NCBI GenBank assembly: GCA_018816245.1
Contig: JAHIVW010000002.1
Coordinates: 18,314 to 82,313 of the forward strand
Source: Nanobdellota archaeon
GTDB taxonomy: Archaea > Aenigmatarchaeota > Aenigmatarchaeia > QMZP01
Length of the DNA: 64,000 bases
Direction of reading: 5' to 3'
Shown here: positions 17,969-28,400 of the stretch, one piece after another
Position numbering within the stretch: position 1 is the first letter of the stretch
Layout: the number at the start of each line of letters is the position of its first letter
The notes under the pieces: model-generated
Databases searched by the model: none
What the model saw: the letters and a program-made list of their open reading frames with translations, nothing else
What the model was told of the DNA's origin: nothing
Translations under genes and position numbers: made by a program

Positions 17969-18462
17969 GAAGAAGCATGCGGGACGTCGAGATCTTCACT
18001 GACAGGATCGGAAAAGGGAACCAGCTCACCCATTGGCGGGAGGCACGGAGTTTCTGGCGCGTTTTCGTCAACGTTACGACAAGCGGGATCATTAGGCGCC
18101 TCCCGTGGATGGGGCTGAAAAACACCCTGTACCGGCAGCTCATGGGGGTGACAATCGGGAAGGATGTGAGCGTTGCCTATGGGGTCGTGTTCGATATGTT
18201 CTTCCCAGAACACATTTCCATTGGAAACCGGGTCATTATCGGTTTCAATTCTGTGCTGCTTACCCATGAATTTTTATTGAACGAATGGCGACGAGGATCA
18301 GTAACAATCGGGAATGACGTGGAAATTGGGGCCTGGTCCCTAATCATGCCTGGTGTCACGATCGGAGATGGCGCGCGAATCGCTGCATACTCTTTAGTAA
18401 ATAAAGACGTTCCTCCTAGAACATTTGTTGGCGGCGTTCCAGCAGTACCAATCAAACGGTAA
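17950..18462 (+). CDS. hexapeptide-repeat (LbH) acetyltransferase, WcaF-like
   Basis: N-terminal ...WRVFVNVTTSGIIRRLPWMGLKNTLYRQLMGVTIGKDV, then hexapeptide turns (IGNRVIIG, IGNDVEIG, IGDGARIA). The start codon is uncertain (17950 or ATG 17977). Confidence 0.7.
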   Translation: MFLVSPRRSMRDVEIFTDRIGKGNQLTHWREARSFWRVFVNVTTSGIIRRLPWMGLKNTLYRQLMGVTIGKDVSVAYGVVFDMFFPEHISIGNRVIIGFNSVLLTHEFLLNEWRRGSVTIGNDVEIGAWSLIMPGVTIGDGARIAAYSLVNKDVPPRTFVGGVPAVPIKR

Positions 18463-19696
18463 TCGTCGAGCCATCTTTCAGCGAAGTAGCGTTGTAGCCG
18501 TCCTTTTGAAGCTCAGCGGCGAATCCTTCAGCATTCGCAGAGTGACCGACGATGATTTTCTTTGGTCGCATCCTTTCAAAGAATGCGAGCAGTTCCGCTC
18601 GGTCGCAATGTGCAGAAAAATCCATGAATTGAACGTCACACTTCGGTTTCACATCAATACCCTCGTTGACGTAGCGTCCGGTTTCGAGGAGCACATGTCC
18701 GGGGGTAGCTTCAACTTGGAAGCCGTTGAGAATGACCGCGTTCTTTTCGTGTTTGTGAAGATGCTTCATGTAGTAATGAGACGGTCCGCCTTGCATCATA
18801 CCTGAGGTGCTCAGGATGACACCTGGTTCCCGGAGCGCATGCCGCCGCTGTCGCGGCTCCTCGATGATGCGCGCACGGGAGAACGCCTTGCGAAGATGCT
18901 TTCTGTCCTTTATTGCTTCGGGGTGGTCCATGATGATTCGTGAAGCAGTAATTCCCATTCCATCAATCGTCACCGGGATCTGTAATCGGTCAAGCTGCAG
19001 GAGCAGTTCCTGCGTCCGGCCGACAGCAAAACAGGGAATAAGGGCAATCCCTCCTTTGGCGATGATGTCCGTGACATACTCCCGGAGTTCGTTTCCAAGC
19101 TGTTCCCGTGGCGGATGATTCTTGTAGCTGTAGGTTGCTTCGGTAATGAGGATATCAAGGTCGGTTTTCGGAATCGCTGCACCGGCGAGGAGCCCCGTTT
19201 CCGAGAATTTGATGTCACCTGTGTACATGATTCTCCTGTCTTCTGTTTCCAACAAGGTTGCTGAACTCCCCGGGATGTGGCCGGCATCGAAAAGGGTAAG
19301 TTTCCCATGAGGAACATTCATTGATTTTTCATAATGGAGCTGGGTATAGGAATGCAACAACTGATCAATATCGTGACGTAAGAATTGCGGTGTTAACCCC
19401 CGACGATCCTGAACTTTCAAAGAATCAATGAGGAGGAGCTCAGCAAGGTCACCTGTTGCTGGTGTCAAGAAAGTCTTGCCGCGAAATCCCCGATGATAGA
19501 GGAGCGGGATCATTCCACAATGATCGAGATGCGCATGGCTCAACATAATACCGTCGATATCCCCAACAGGGAGCGGCCCTTCCATAGTTTTGACGTCAAG
19601 ACCGTAATCAAAAACAAACCGTGCTTTGTCTGTGTCGAGAAGAATACCCATTTTTCCAATTTCAGAGAATCCGCCGAGTGCGGTGATCGAAACCAT
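18452..19696 (-). CDS. metallo-beta-lactamase / beta-CASP ribonuclease (aCPSF2/RNase J-like)
   Basis: 414 aa. LSHAHLDHCG (HxHxDH), then the beta-CASP region and a C-terminal H motif (SAHCD). No KH domains. Confidence 0.75.
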   Translation of the reverse strand: MVSITALGGFSEIGKMGILLDTDKARFVFDYGLDVKTMEGPLPVGDIDGIMLSHAHLDHCGMIPLLYHRGFRGKTFLTPATGDLAELLLIDSLKVQDRRGLTPQFLRHDIDQLLHSYTQLHYEKSMNVPHGKLTLFDAGHIPGSSATLLETEDRRIMYTGDIKFSETGLLAGAAIPKTDLDILITEATYSYKNHPPREQLGNELREYVTDIIAKGGIALIPCFAVGRTQELLLQLDRLQIPVTIDGMGITASRIIMDHPEAIKDRKHLRKAFSRARIIEEPRQRRHALREPGVILSTSGMMQGGPSHYYMKHLHKHEKNAVILNGFQVEATPGHVLLETGRYVNEGIDVKPKCDVQFMDFSAHCDRAELLAFFERMRPKKIIVGHSANAEGFAAELQKDGYNATSLKDGSTITV

Positions 19697-19718
19697 AGGC
19701 TGATTGGTGACACCTGCT

Positions 19719-20021
19719 TTATAAGCGGGTCTGCGCTTGCTGCTTCTGGCGAAGTTGTGCTGCTTCCTCTGGCTTCAGTTTCAGGAGCTCTTTGATTTCT
19801 TCAAGAGTAATCTCTGTTTCCTTGGAGAGTCGTGCCCGCTCGATGCGGTTCAGATGTGATTCTTCAAGTGTCACAAGGTTTGTTGAAATCCCGTCGAGCC
19901 GCTTCAGTACCATCTGGCGGAGTGGCTGTTTCTTCATCAAAGCCTTTTCCCGTGCACGATCCCATTTCCTGCGAAGTTTGCGGATCTTTCGGTTCCACCC
20001 GAAAAGAAAATCAAGGATCAT
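19719..20021 (-). CDS. hypothetical basic coiled-coil protein
   Basis: 100 aa, K/R/E-rich and helical-looking. A TATA-like catttatgg lies ~28 nt upstream. Confidence 0.45.
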   Translation of the reverse strand: MILDFLFGWNRKIRKLRRKWDRAREKALMKKQPLRQMVLKRLDGISTNLVTLEESHLNRIERARLSKETEITLEEIKELLKLKPEEAAQLRQKQQAQTRL

Positions 20022-20051
20022 AGAGATTCTTTCGATCAGGATCCATAAATG

Positions 20052-20459
20052 TTACTGATCGAGGAGCTCCCATTTCATGCCGTATTGGAGGAGCCCGTCT
20101 TTGCCGTCGGTATACATCCTTCTGAACGTTGTCTTGACCTTCCTCCCTGTTTTGACTTGTTCCGGATCACCAACCACCTGTCCAGCGACGGTGACACCAG
20201 GCTCCAGTTCGATGATTGCAATGGCATAGGGAGCGAACTCAGCAAACCCCTCGGGAGCTATGCGGATGACCGTGTACGTCAGAATTTTTCCTGTCCCGGG
20301 AAACTTGTGCTTCTCGATCTTCCCTTTGTCCCGGCACGTCTGACATAATGACCGTGGCGGGAAGTAGCTTGTATTGCACTTCGTGCAAATGGTTCCAATT
20401 AACCGATACCTCGGTTGCTGCAACCGCCATGCAATGGGAACCGATGACATCTGCGGCAT
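20052..20459 (-). CDS. DUF35 OB-fold/zinc-ribbon protein (thiolase-HMGCS scaffold)
   Basis: Start at ATG 20459, 1 nt after the thiolase TAA. Zinc ribbon CTKCNTSYFPPRSLCQTC followed by an OB-fold region. Confidence 0.8.
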   Translation of the reverse strand: MPQMSSVPIAWRLQQPRYRLIGTICTKCNTSYFPPRSLCQTCRDKGKIEKHKFPGTGKILTYTVIRIAPEGFAEFAPYAIAIIELEPGVTVAGQVVGDPEQVKTGRKVKTTFRRMYTDGKDGLLQYGMKWELLDQ

Positions 20460-20460
20460 A

Positions 20461-21627
20461 TTACAATGCATTCTGGTTCGCAAGGATGTGTGTGACACCG
20501 GTTGCACCAGATCCTCCAATATTCAATGCAAGGCCAATCTTTGCGTCGTTCACCTGCAGCTTCCCTGCTTTCCCGCGAAGCTGCGTGACGAGGTCCGCAA
20601 GTTGACGAATGCCTGTTGCTCCAACCGGGTGGCCAATGGATTTCAAGCCACCCATGGTATTGATCGGTCGTTCACCGTCACGGGCAATCTTCCCAGCTTC
20701 AACGAACTTCCCGCCTTCACCTTTTTTACAAAAACCAAGATCTTCAATGGCGATGATTTCGTTGATGCTGAAGCAATCATGGACTTCTACAAGATCAACC
20801 TGTTCAGGACGGATGCCCGCTTGTTTATAGGCAACTCTGCTCGATACTATGGTCGCCTGAAGTTCAGTGAAACTCTTCCGATCGTGGAGCGCGATCGTAT
20901 CAGACGCCTGGCCACTGCCGATAACCCAGATCGGGTTTTCGAATCGCTTGGCCGCTTCCTCACTGGCAAGGACAACAGTTGCCGCGCCGTCAGTGATAGG
21001 CGAACAATCGAGGAGCCGAAGCGGATCTGCAATCAGAGGTGACTTCAGAACCTGCTCAACAGTGATCTCAAACGGATATTGTGCATTGGGATTGTGTACC
21101 CCGTTCTTGTGGTTGTTCACGGACACCAGTGCCAGCTGTTCTGATGTTGTTCCGTACTGCTGCATATGCGCACGTGTGATCAGTGCATACAAGCCAGTGA
21201 ACGTAAGACCAATCTGACTTTCCCACTCCTGATCTGCGGCACCCATCAGTGATGCAACAGCACTGTCGCCACCAACATCAGTCATCTTCTCAACACCACC
21301 GGCGACAACAATATCGTGCTGCCCGGACTGGATTGCCATCAGCGCCTTCCGGAAGGCGAGCGCGCCGCTTGCACATGCTGCTTCAATGCGCGTGGAGGGA
21401 ATAGGAGTAAGCCCCATCCGGTCAGCGGCAAGCGCAGAAAGGTGTTCTTGGCCGATGAACCGACCGGCTGTCATGTTGCCGACAAACAAGGCTTCGATGT
21501 CTTTTCCTTCGACCTGTGCATCAGCAAGCGCCCGCATGCCGGCTTCCTGGGCGAGCCGACGCAGCGACTTGTCCCAACATTCACCAAACTTGGTGTAGCC
21601 GGCGCCAACAATGGCAACACGTCTCAT
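20461..21627 (-). CDS. acetyl-CoA acetyltransferase (archaeal thiolase)
   Basis: 388 aa. RVAIVGAGYTKFGE, active-site region EAACASGALAF and C-terminal GGSGATG. Confidence 0.9.
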   Translation of the reverse strand: MRRVAIVGAGYTKFGECWDKSLRRLAQEAGMRALADAQVEGKDIEALFVGNMTAGRFIGQEHLSALAADRMGLTPIPSTRIEAACASGALAFRKALMAIQSGQHDIVVAGGVEKMTDVGGDSAVASLMGAADQEWESQIGLTFTGLYALITRAHMQQYGTTSEQLALVSVNNHKNGVHNPNAQYPFEITVEQVLKSPLIADPLRLLDCSPITDGAATVVLASEEAAKRFENPIWVIGSGQASDTIALHDRKSFTELQATIVSSRVAYKQAGIRPEQVDLVEVHDCFSINEIIAIEDLGFCKKGEGGKFVEAGKIARDGERPINTMGGLKSIGHPVGATGIRQLADLVTQLRGKAGKLQVNDAKIGLALNIGGSGATGVTHILANQNAL

Positions 21628-22664
21628 ACTTTCAACTTCCCCCGCAATCGTGCGTAGGTTGCGTAATCAATATTTTTTTTGTCAGCAAGGTACTGCTCTG
21701 TTTTCTTCGCCTTGTCGCGAACGGCAAGGATCTTGTCCGTGACGGTAAAAATGAAGGAATCGCTTCCTGCACCCGAACCATATGACGTCATAAATATTTT
21801 TTCTCCTGGCTGTGCGATATCAAGGACAGCGGTTAAGCCAACAGGACTCGATCCAGAGTAACAATTTCCCATTCGCGTGACTGTCAAGCCGGTTTTCAGT
21901 TGGTCTGGTGTGAAACCAAGCTTCTTTGACGCAACCGTCGGAAACTTCCCGTTCGGCATGTGCAGCACAACATATGCAAAGTCAGCTGGCTTGTAGCCCG
22001 TTTCATTCAGCAGTTGCTCGCTCGAAGAGACCACGTGCCTGAAGTAGGCTGGTTCTCCGGTAAACCGTGAACCGTGCCGTGGATAGTCTTGGCCTTCCCG
22101 GCGCCAGAAGTCAGTGGTGTCACTGGTGAAGGAAGCAGTGTGATCCAGTGTGACAACAGGATCCTTACCAATAATAAATGCGCCAGCACCGGCAGCAGCA
22201 GTGTATTCCAATGCATCACCAGGACGGCCTTGAGCTGTGTCAGCACCGATCGCCATGCCGTAGTCGATCACCCCGCCTTTGACAAAACCGTAACACACTT
22301 GCATGGCAGCTGTCCCTGCTTTACAGGCGAATTCAAAGTCCGCAAGCATCAATCGGTTCGGCAGGCCAAGAGCCTCAGCAACGACCGTGCCGGACGGCTT
22401 CACGGCATATGGATGGCTTTCTGAACCGATGTAAAGGGCGCCAATCTCTGTAGGATCAATACCAGCGCGCGCCAGTGCATTGCGACCTGCCTCGACACTC
22501 AAGGTGATAGTGTCCTCGTCCTTGTCAGGGACGGATTTTTCCTTGACCATGAGACCATTGGAAATTGTTTGTGCGTCCTGGTTCCAGACCCGGGCGATTT
22601 CCTCGACCGAGATTCTGAAGCGAGGAACATAGGCTCCGTATCCGACAATTCCAATACTTGACAT
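21624..22664 (-). CDS. hydroxymethylglutaryl-CoA synthase (archaeal)
   Basis: 346 aa. IVGYGAYVPRFRI, SESHPYAVKP and FEFACKAGT (catalytic Cys region). ATGA overlap with the thiolase gene. Confidence 0.9.
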   Translation of the reverse strand: MSSIGIVGYGAYVPRFRISVEEIARVWNQDAQTISNGLMVKEKSVPDKDEDTITLSVEAGRNALARAGIDPTEIGALYIGSESHPYAVKPSGTVVAEALGLPNRLMLADFEFACKAGTAAMQVCYGFVKGGVIDYGMAIGADTAQGRPGDALEYTAAAGAGAFIIGKDPVVTLDHTASFTSDTTDFWRREGQDYPRHGSRFTGEPAYFRHVVSSSEQLLNETGYKPADFAYVVLHMPNGKFPTVASKKLGFTPDQLKTGLTVTRMGNCYSGSSPVGLTAVLDIAQPGEKIFMTSYGSGAGSDSFIFTVTDKILAVRDKAKKTEQYLADKKNIDYATYARLRGKLKV

Positions 22665-22755
22665 GCAATCACATCGGCAATCAGCGTCAGCGGCGTAGAC
22701 CTACTACTGGATCTACCTTTTTTAAGGATATCATTGTGAGTTCGACAGATCGTTG

Positions 22756-22770
22756 TATAACAGTGTTATC
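22756..22770. repeat. palindrome TATAACAGTGTTATc, copy 3 (14 nt identical to copy 4)
   Basis: Read directly from the sequence. Lies 92 nt upstream of the HMGCS start and 150 nt upstream of ATG 22920. Confidence 0.8.
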
Positions 22771-22919
22771 CGACGAATATGACCTTTTATACTTTCGGTT
22801 TCCAGAAATCATCCCTGACCACTACTCTACAAGTACACAAGATCCAAAAGATCTTAGAGTTAAGAAGTACGCAGGAGTAGTGTGATAAATTCTGGGTTCT
22901 TGACGGAAAGGAGAATGTC

Positions 22920-24626
22920 ATGAGGAACCCGATAATTGTCTTTTGCCTTTGTCTCGCGATCATGATCGCATGTGGGGTCGTGATCCTTTCACTCGGAAAC
23001 GCAGATCCACGTCCGGCTGCGATTCCAGTCCAACCTAGCACAGCCCCAGAACTGGCGGTGCCGACTCCTGCTGTCCACGAGGTCGTCGGTCCCAGTGGTC
23101 TGGAGCTGCGCTTCTCGTATCGGGGCGAGCCGCTCCCGGACGTCAAGGCGACGGTCCTTGGTGACAAGGAGCAGGCATTGACGTCGAACGCTGATGGTGT
23201 GGCGTGCGTCGAACTCGATCCTGGAACTTACCAGTGGCGGCTGGACTCGGATCTCCCAATTTCAATGAAGCCGCAGGATACGAAGACTGAGACCGAGACG
23301 GGTATCGTCAACGTGTCCGCACCATTTACCATCGAGGAGGGCAAGACCACCATCATTGAGCTCGAACAGAGTTCAACGAGGGTCTTCGGGAGAGTTCTCG
23401 CGCCGGATGGGTCGCCGGCCTCTGATGCGACCCTCAGGCTCTCGAACCAGATCGTGGACGTCGTATCGGACAACAACTTCAACGATCGGTTGAAGCTCGA
23501 ACGGCAAGAAGAGCAGACCGATGCTGATGGTCGGTTCTGTTTCGAGGACGTCTTGCCGAGCAAGCCGTGGACATTCCAAGGTCAAGACCGTCTGACCCAG
23601 AAGAAGATCTGGATCAGGTGGACGAAGAGGAATGATGTCTACTTCACGACAGCGATCTTCACCATCAACAACGGCGAGCAGAAGAACCTCGGCGACATCA
23701 CGTTCATTGAGCGACACCAGCTCACGGTGCATGTCCCACTCACGGACGTTGCCGGGAACCCGCTTCGGTTGGACGATGTCTTTATCGAACCGTCGGAAGA
23801 GGAACAGCCGATGGAGGTGATGCTCACCGTCTACGACAAGATCCCGTTTGACGGTTCGTCTGACCTGAAGCATCAAGTGAGGGATACGTTCCAAATCCCA
23901 TTCGGCGGGGAGATTGTTCTTAACAATCTCCCGGGAGGACCGTATGAACTCATGATCGAGCAAGGGACGAAATGGTGGCCGTCCTTGAAGGAGGGGTGGC
24001 GCCTCACTGACAACATTGCTCTGGGGGAAGCATACATCCCCTCTGACACGGTTGTAACCATGCCACTTGTTGTGGAGCATGGTGTGCTGTTGCGGGTCAT
24101 TGTTCCGACAGAAGGGAAGGTCACCGGTCCGTTAACTGTGTACCTACAACCAGACGGAGGAACCGTGTCGCAGAAGCAATCAGTGCAGGGGATGTATATC
24201 AACAAGGAGCCGGCCGGCATCACCGACTTCTTGACTCCTCCGGGGAACTACACTTTGTATGTCACCAACAACTATATCAAGGCTCCCCAAGATGCACTGA
24301 GCTTCTGGTCCACAACGAATGTCACGCTCCCCGAAGGCGGCACCACGGTTACCGTTCCGCTTGATACTGGTTCTTCGATTCAAGGAATCTATCTAACTCG
24401 GAACAACATGCCGTTCAAGAAGGAGTTCATCAAGTTCACGGACGAGTCCGGAACGTTCATGTTCAGCACGTTTACCGACGAGACGGGGAAGTTTGTATTG
24501 AACGGCGTCCCGCCGGGCTGGACGTTACTCGCGTTCAGCAAGCTTCCGGTCACCGTCGGTAGTAATATCACTATCCGCAAGGATGGGTTCCGTCAGTACA
24601 CTCTTCTCGGGAGACCAAAGCGATGA
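22920..24626 (+). CDS. secreted/anchored protein with repeated carboxypeptidase-regulatory-like beta-sandwich segments
   Basis: 568 aa. N-terminal hydrophobic helix (IIVFCLCLAIMIACGVVILSL). Segments such as GRVLAPDGSPASDATLRL...TDADGRFCFEDV fit the CarboxypepD_reg pattern. SD-like AGGAGA lies 5 nt before the ATG. Confidence 0.6.
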   Translation: MRNPIIVFCLCLAIMIACGVVILSLGNADPRPAAIPVQPSTAPELAVPTPAVHEVVGPSGLELRFSYRGEPLPDVKATVLGDKEQALTSNADGVACVELDPGTYQWRLDSDLPISMKPQDTKTETETGIVNVSAPFTIEEGKTTIIELEQSSTRVFGRVLAPDGSPASDATLRLSNQIVDVVSDNNFNDRLKLERQEEQTDADGRFCFEDVLPSKPWTFQGQDRLTQKKIWIRWTKRNDVYFTTAIFTINNGEQKNLGDITFIERHQLTVHVPLTDVAGNPLRLDDVFIEPSEEEQPMEVMLTVYDKIPFDGSSDLKHQVRDTFQIPFGGEIVLNNLPGGPYELMIEQGTKWWPSLKEGWRLTDNIALGEAYIPSDTVVTMPLVVEHGVLLRVIVPTEGKVTGPLTVYLQPDGGTVSQKQSVQGMYINKEPAGITDFLTPPGNYTLYVTNNYIKAPQDALSFWSTTNVTLPEGGTTVTVPLDTGSSIQGIYLTRNNMPFKKEFIKFTDESGTFMFSTFTDETGKFVLNGVPPGWTLLAFSKLPVTVGSNITIRKDGFRQYTLLGRPKR

Positions 24627-25381
24627 AGAAATTCCTGATAGTCTCATTGATCGTGGCCTTTGCCGCGGTCTTTACCACCCCACTGGCCACTGCCGGCTGG
24701 CGATGCACGGAAGCGATCGGCATCGGTCAGATCGCTGTCGACGCTGACCGGAGCAGTGCTCCTCCGTTCGGCGGCTGGGCGCAAGCCAGGCTCACTGCAG
24801 CAGGCAAGGTCATCAAAGGGAGCGGGCATGCCTACGAGTATGCCCTCCTCGTTGGGCCCATCAAGGCGAATGTTGCTGCAATGGGCTTCTACCACGAGAT
24901 CTGGGAATGGACACCAGAGCCGGGAATAGACTCATACGCGGAGTTCCGCCTTGAATCGACGTTTGAGGCGAAAGGGCATCTCGTCTCAGCTGATTCCAGT
25001 CTCTATGCCTGGGGAGAAGCAGAATGCTTCGTACGCTGCAATGACACTTACAGAGTGTTCACGCACGTCAACATGAACGGCTCCACTAATTCAGGCGGAA
25101 TCTGGGTAAGCGGTAGCGTTCCTGGGGGAGTCAGTCTCGGCGGTCCTGTTGCCGGCCTCGGCGGCGGGGCTGGGCCAGTGCCAGAGCCAGATGACATTGC
25201 AATGGACCAGGGGGATGTCTGCGGGGCATCTTCCTTCTTCCAGTCCAACAAGACCAGAGGGAAGATCACCGTGACAGCTGACGGTGGCATGGGCGGTGCT
25301 GCTGAATGCTACATCTCCAAGTATGATGGGCAGGCAGACCTCACCGTGAAGAGCTTGGGTGGGATTCCCAACTGCGAATAG
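24623..25381 (+). CDS. secreted protein, unknown function
   Basis: 252 aa. Signal peptide MKKFLIVSLIVAFAAVFTTPLATA and a Gly-rich stretch. ATGA overlap with the upstream gene. Confidence 0.6.
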   Translation: MKKFLIVSLIVAFAAVFTTPLATAGWRCTEAIGIGQIAVDADRSSAPPFGGWAQARLTAAGKVIKGSGHAYEYALLVGPIKANVAAMGFYHEIWEWTPEPGIDSYAEFRLESTFEAKGHLVSADSSLYAWGEAECFVRCNDTYRVFTHVNMNGSTNSGGIWVSGSVPGGVSLGGPVAGLGGGAGPVPEPDDIAMDQGDVCGASSFFQSNKTRGKITVTADGGMGGAAECYISKYDGQADLTVKSLGGIPNCE

Positions 25382-25404
25382 CCTTCCGGCGCCCCGTTTG
25401 AATA

Positions 25405-25440
25405 GGCGGTCCCCTCTTTTGAGAAGGACCGCCTGTTCTT
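25405..25440 (+). terminator. hairpin plus T-run terminator-like element
   Basis: GGCGGTCC-cctcttttgagaa-GGACCGCC followed by tgttctttcc, 24 nt after the stop of 24623..25381. Confidence 0.55.
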
Positions 25441-25447
25441 TCCTTAA

Positions 25448-25462
25448 TATAACAGTGTTATT
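25448..25462. repeat. palindrome TATAACAGTGTTATt, copy 4
   Basis: Read directly from the sequence. Overlaps the TAA stop (25458-25460) of the convergent giant gene. Confidence 0.8.
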
Positions 25463-28400
25463 TATATCCATCAACGCGCCCTGCGAAAAAGCTCCCTTGA
25501 ATCGAGAATGGTGAAGATGTAAGGACAGAAGAAACTCCTTCTCCATCGCTCGCACGGCAGCGCACCTGAACTCCCCGCTGGCTCGGGAGCGACGTAATAT
25601 CCCAGTGGACGTGCGGCTGGTTCGCCCCTGATCCCTGTTCATGACTTCCCAGCGGATACCACTGCTTCCCCACGCGGGTTTCTTCGGTGCCAAGAAGACT
25701 CTCAAGAACCCTAATCTCCCACACCTCAAGTTCCTCGGACATCGGCGATCCTGCACTCATGTCCGTTACGAAAAGGAGCACGTGTTGCACATCAACATCG
25801 GGAATATCAAACGTAGTGATTTGCGACCGAGGTGCTGACGGCACAACCTCAAGCCACGGTCCGTCAGTACTGTTCGCAACAGAAATGTTGTAGGTGTTTG
25901 TTCGTGAGTCGTTGTATACACTTTGAGAAAGTGCAGATATCCGGGAAACGGTTTCGAGATCCAATCGCACCCAGCCAACATGCTGGGAGCCGTCAACGGT
26001 CCAGTACTCGCTTCCAAGAGGTCGCGGATCAGTTCCTGATGTTGCAAAATCTCCAGACGCTCCGCCTGTCCCGGTCAAGGAAATCCAATCATGGGATATC
26101 ATATCGTCCCAGCAATGCTGTCCACCATTCCGACAAGTGCTCGCAATACCATTCTGGAACGTGTGGACAATCCTGAACGATTCCTCGTCAAGTGTCGTCT
26201 CAGTTGTTTGTGTATTCACATTTCCATAATACAGGTAGAATGACGTGCCTTCAGAATCAAGTGTTACAGCAACCACAGCCACGTTCCCGCGAAGATCGTA
26301 CGGCAATTCTCCTCCATCCTTGACAAAGCGGATATCCGACTTGTCAACATTTGCATGGAGAAGAAGGTCAGGATCATTCAGAGAAACACGAACCGTTGTG
26401 GTTCCTGACCCGTTCCCCTGGACCGTGACCTCTTTTCGGTACGAGAAATGGTCATCCCACCACGAACCACTATTTATTGGATCGGCAAAAAACCCCTCAA
26501 TCTCGTATGCAAGCTCGTCACCATCTGGGTCATCCGAACCATTGCACGCGAGCTCGATTGTGTTTTTGTAGACACCTCCACATGCCTGATTGTTACAATC
26601 GAGGGTCCTTGGTGTTGTTGGGGGGCTGTTCGTATAGACAAACCGGACAACAGCTGGGGAGGGCGCCCAGGCTTCATGGTTGTCCGGATCGTATGCCTGG
26701 CAATTCCAGACAATATCACAGATGCCCTCGGGTGCTGTTGCATGCTGCAGCACCGCTTCCTGTTGAGTCGTGTCGAGGGTAGCAAGCGCAACGTACGCTC
26801 CTGTCACGTTCGTGAAGAGCGTAATGTTCTTGAGTTGTTGTGCGTCATTCGCAGAGCATGAAAAAACGAGCTGCGATCCGTGGACGGTGTCTCCCGGACC
26901 GGGATCATCGAGCGTAACTGAGGGATAATTACCACAAACGTTCTCATCGTCGATATAGCCGTCGCAGTCATTATCCAGCCCGTCGCAGAGCTCGGTCGCC
27001 GGGGGAACGTATCCTGAACCACCACACGTTCCCCAGACGCCATTCGTGCAGGTTTGTGTCCCGGGGTGGCAGATCCCGATGTCAGAACCGCAACTCTGTG
27101 ATGCGAGATTATCGACGATGCCATCACAGTTATCATCAACGTTATTGCAGGTTTCTGGTTGCGTGTTTCCTACTGTTGAGCAGGAACTCCATTGCCCATT
27201 TATGCAGACCTGAACCCCTCCGGCACATAATCCTGTTCCACACCCTTCCGGTGGAATACCTTCGTCAATGCTGCCGTCAAGGTCATCATCAATGCCATTG
27301 CAGGTCTCTGGCTGCAGCGTTGAGCAGCCGCTGTTCTCAAGATCACAGACAGAACCGTACGGACAACAGTACGTGGATCCGTCTGGTTTGCAGCAAAGGA
27401 AGTTGTTTTCGTTTCCGGCGTTGCATTTCCAACATGTCCCACCACAAGTATAGGGATAGTCACCTCCACAGTTCGTACACGCGCCAGTTTGAGTATTGCA
27501 ATATGGGCCGTTATTCGGACAACACCACTGTGGTTGGACGCCCGCCTGCGGGCAGCACAGCGTGTACATGTCATTGCCGCCGTTACACATCCAGCATGCT
27601 CCTTGGCACGAGTACGGGTAGTCCGGATTCGTGCAGCTTGCGGACCCGCCGCATTCCCCGTTGGAACAGCTGCCACTCGTGCACTGTTGTTTCAGCTGTT
27701 GCTGGTCGCTGCTCGCGCACGAGGCACTCTGCGTCCCGGGGTTGTTGCATGTATAGGTTCTCCAGACCTGCCAAACATCGTTCCCGTTACAGAACGGCGC
27801 ATTGACCCACCCATCCACGCCGCAATCTGTGTCCTGGTAACAGGCAACAGCGCCGTTGCATTGGTTTGTTGTCGGGTCGCACCCGTATTGGCACACCTCA
27901 ACGAGGGTATTATCAACATAGGGGATAGTGCTGTCGCAGAACGTGGTTGGATCAATGATACCAGGGACGTTTGTCGGACAGAAGAAATCAATGTAGTGGC
28001 GATGCTTCCAGCGCTGGTCACCATCACAGTAGTATTCCCACTGGCTGTTATAGTACCCGTCTTTTGCGTTGCAGTCTTCAAAACACGGATACCAAGCGCA
28101 TACGTCAGTCAAGCAAGAGCCGGAACACCATCCAACAAGGGCTGCCGCACACGTTGCGCAGCCGACGCATGCTGGAGAATAGAAGACAGTTGCACTTTCA
28201 AGGCAGGTTGTGCAGACCGGCCCGCAGATATCATTGTAGACTGAGTTCTGTTCAATGTTCCAGGCTGCACAGAGGTAGAAACATTCACCGCTGTCGCAAC
28301 CGGCGCCGCTCTTCCCGAAATCACCCCACGAATGGTGGACAGTCCGGTCTGAGAGGTTGAAGCTCATGCCGCCGGTCTTGGTGAAGAGGGTCAGCGAGTT

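Noticed and set aside
20374-21042. 222-aa plus-strand ORF
   Set aside because: It is antisense to the thiolase gene, which has clear family motifs.
22756-25462. Palindromes as integron attC sites
   Set aside because: The arms recall the R''/R' cores (RYYYAAC ... GTTRRRY). But the two halves are only 1-3 nt apart instead of 50-100 nt, there are no L'/L'' boxes, the sites are not arrayed, and no IntI-like gene is present.
25091-28244. Long ORFs antisense or out of frame to the giant Cys-rich gene and its neighbour (25091..25756, 27056..27805, 27489..28244, 27200..27676 and others)
   Set aside because: They are shadow ORFs typical of long, compositionally biased genes. Their translations are low-complexity (R/S/C/H-rich) with no motifs, whereas the sense frame has signal peptides and recognisable domains.
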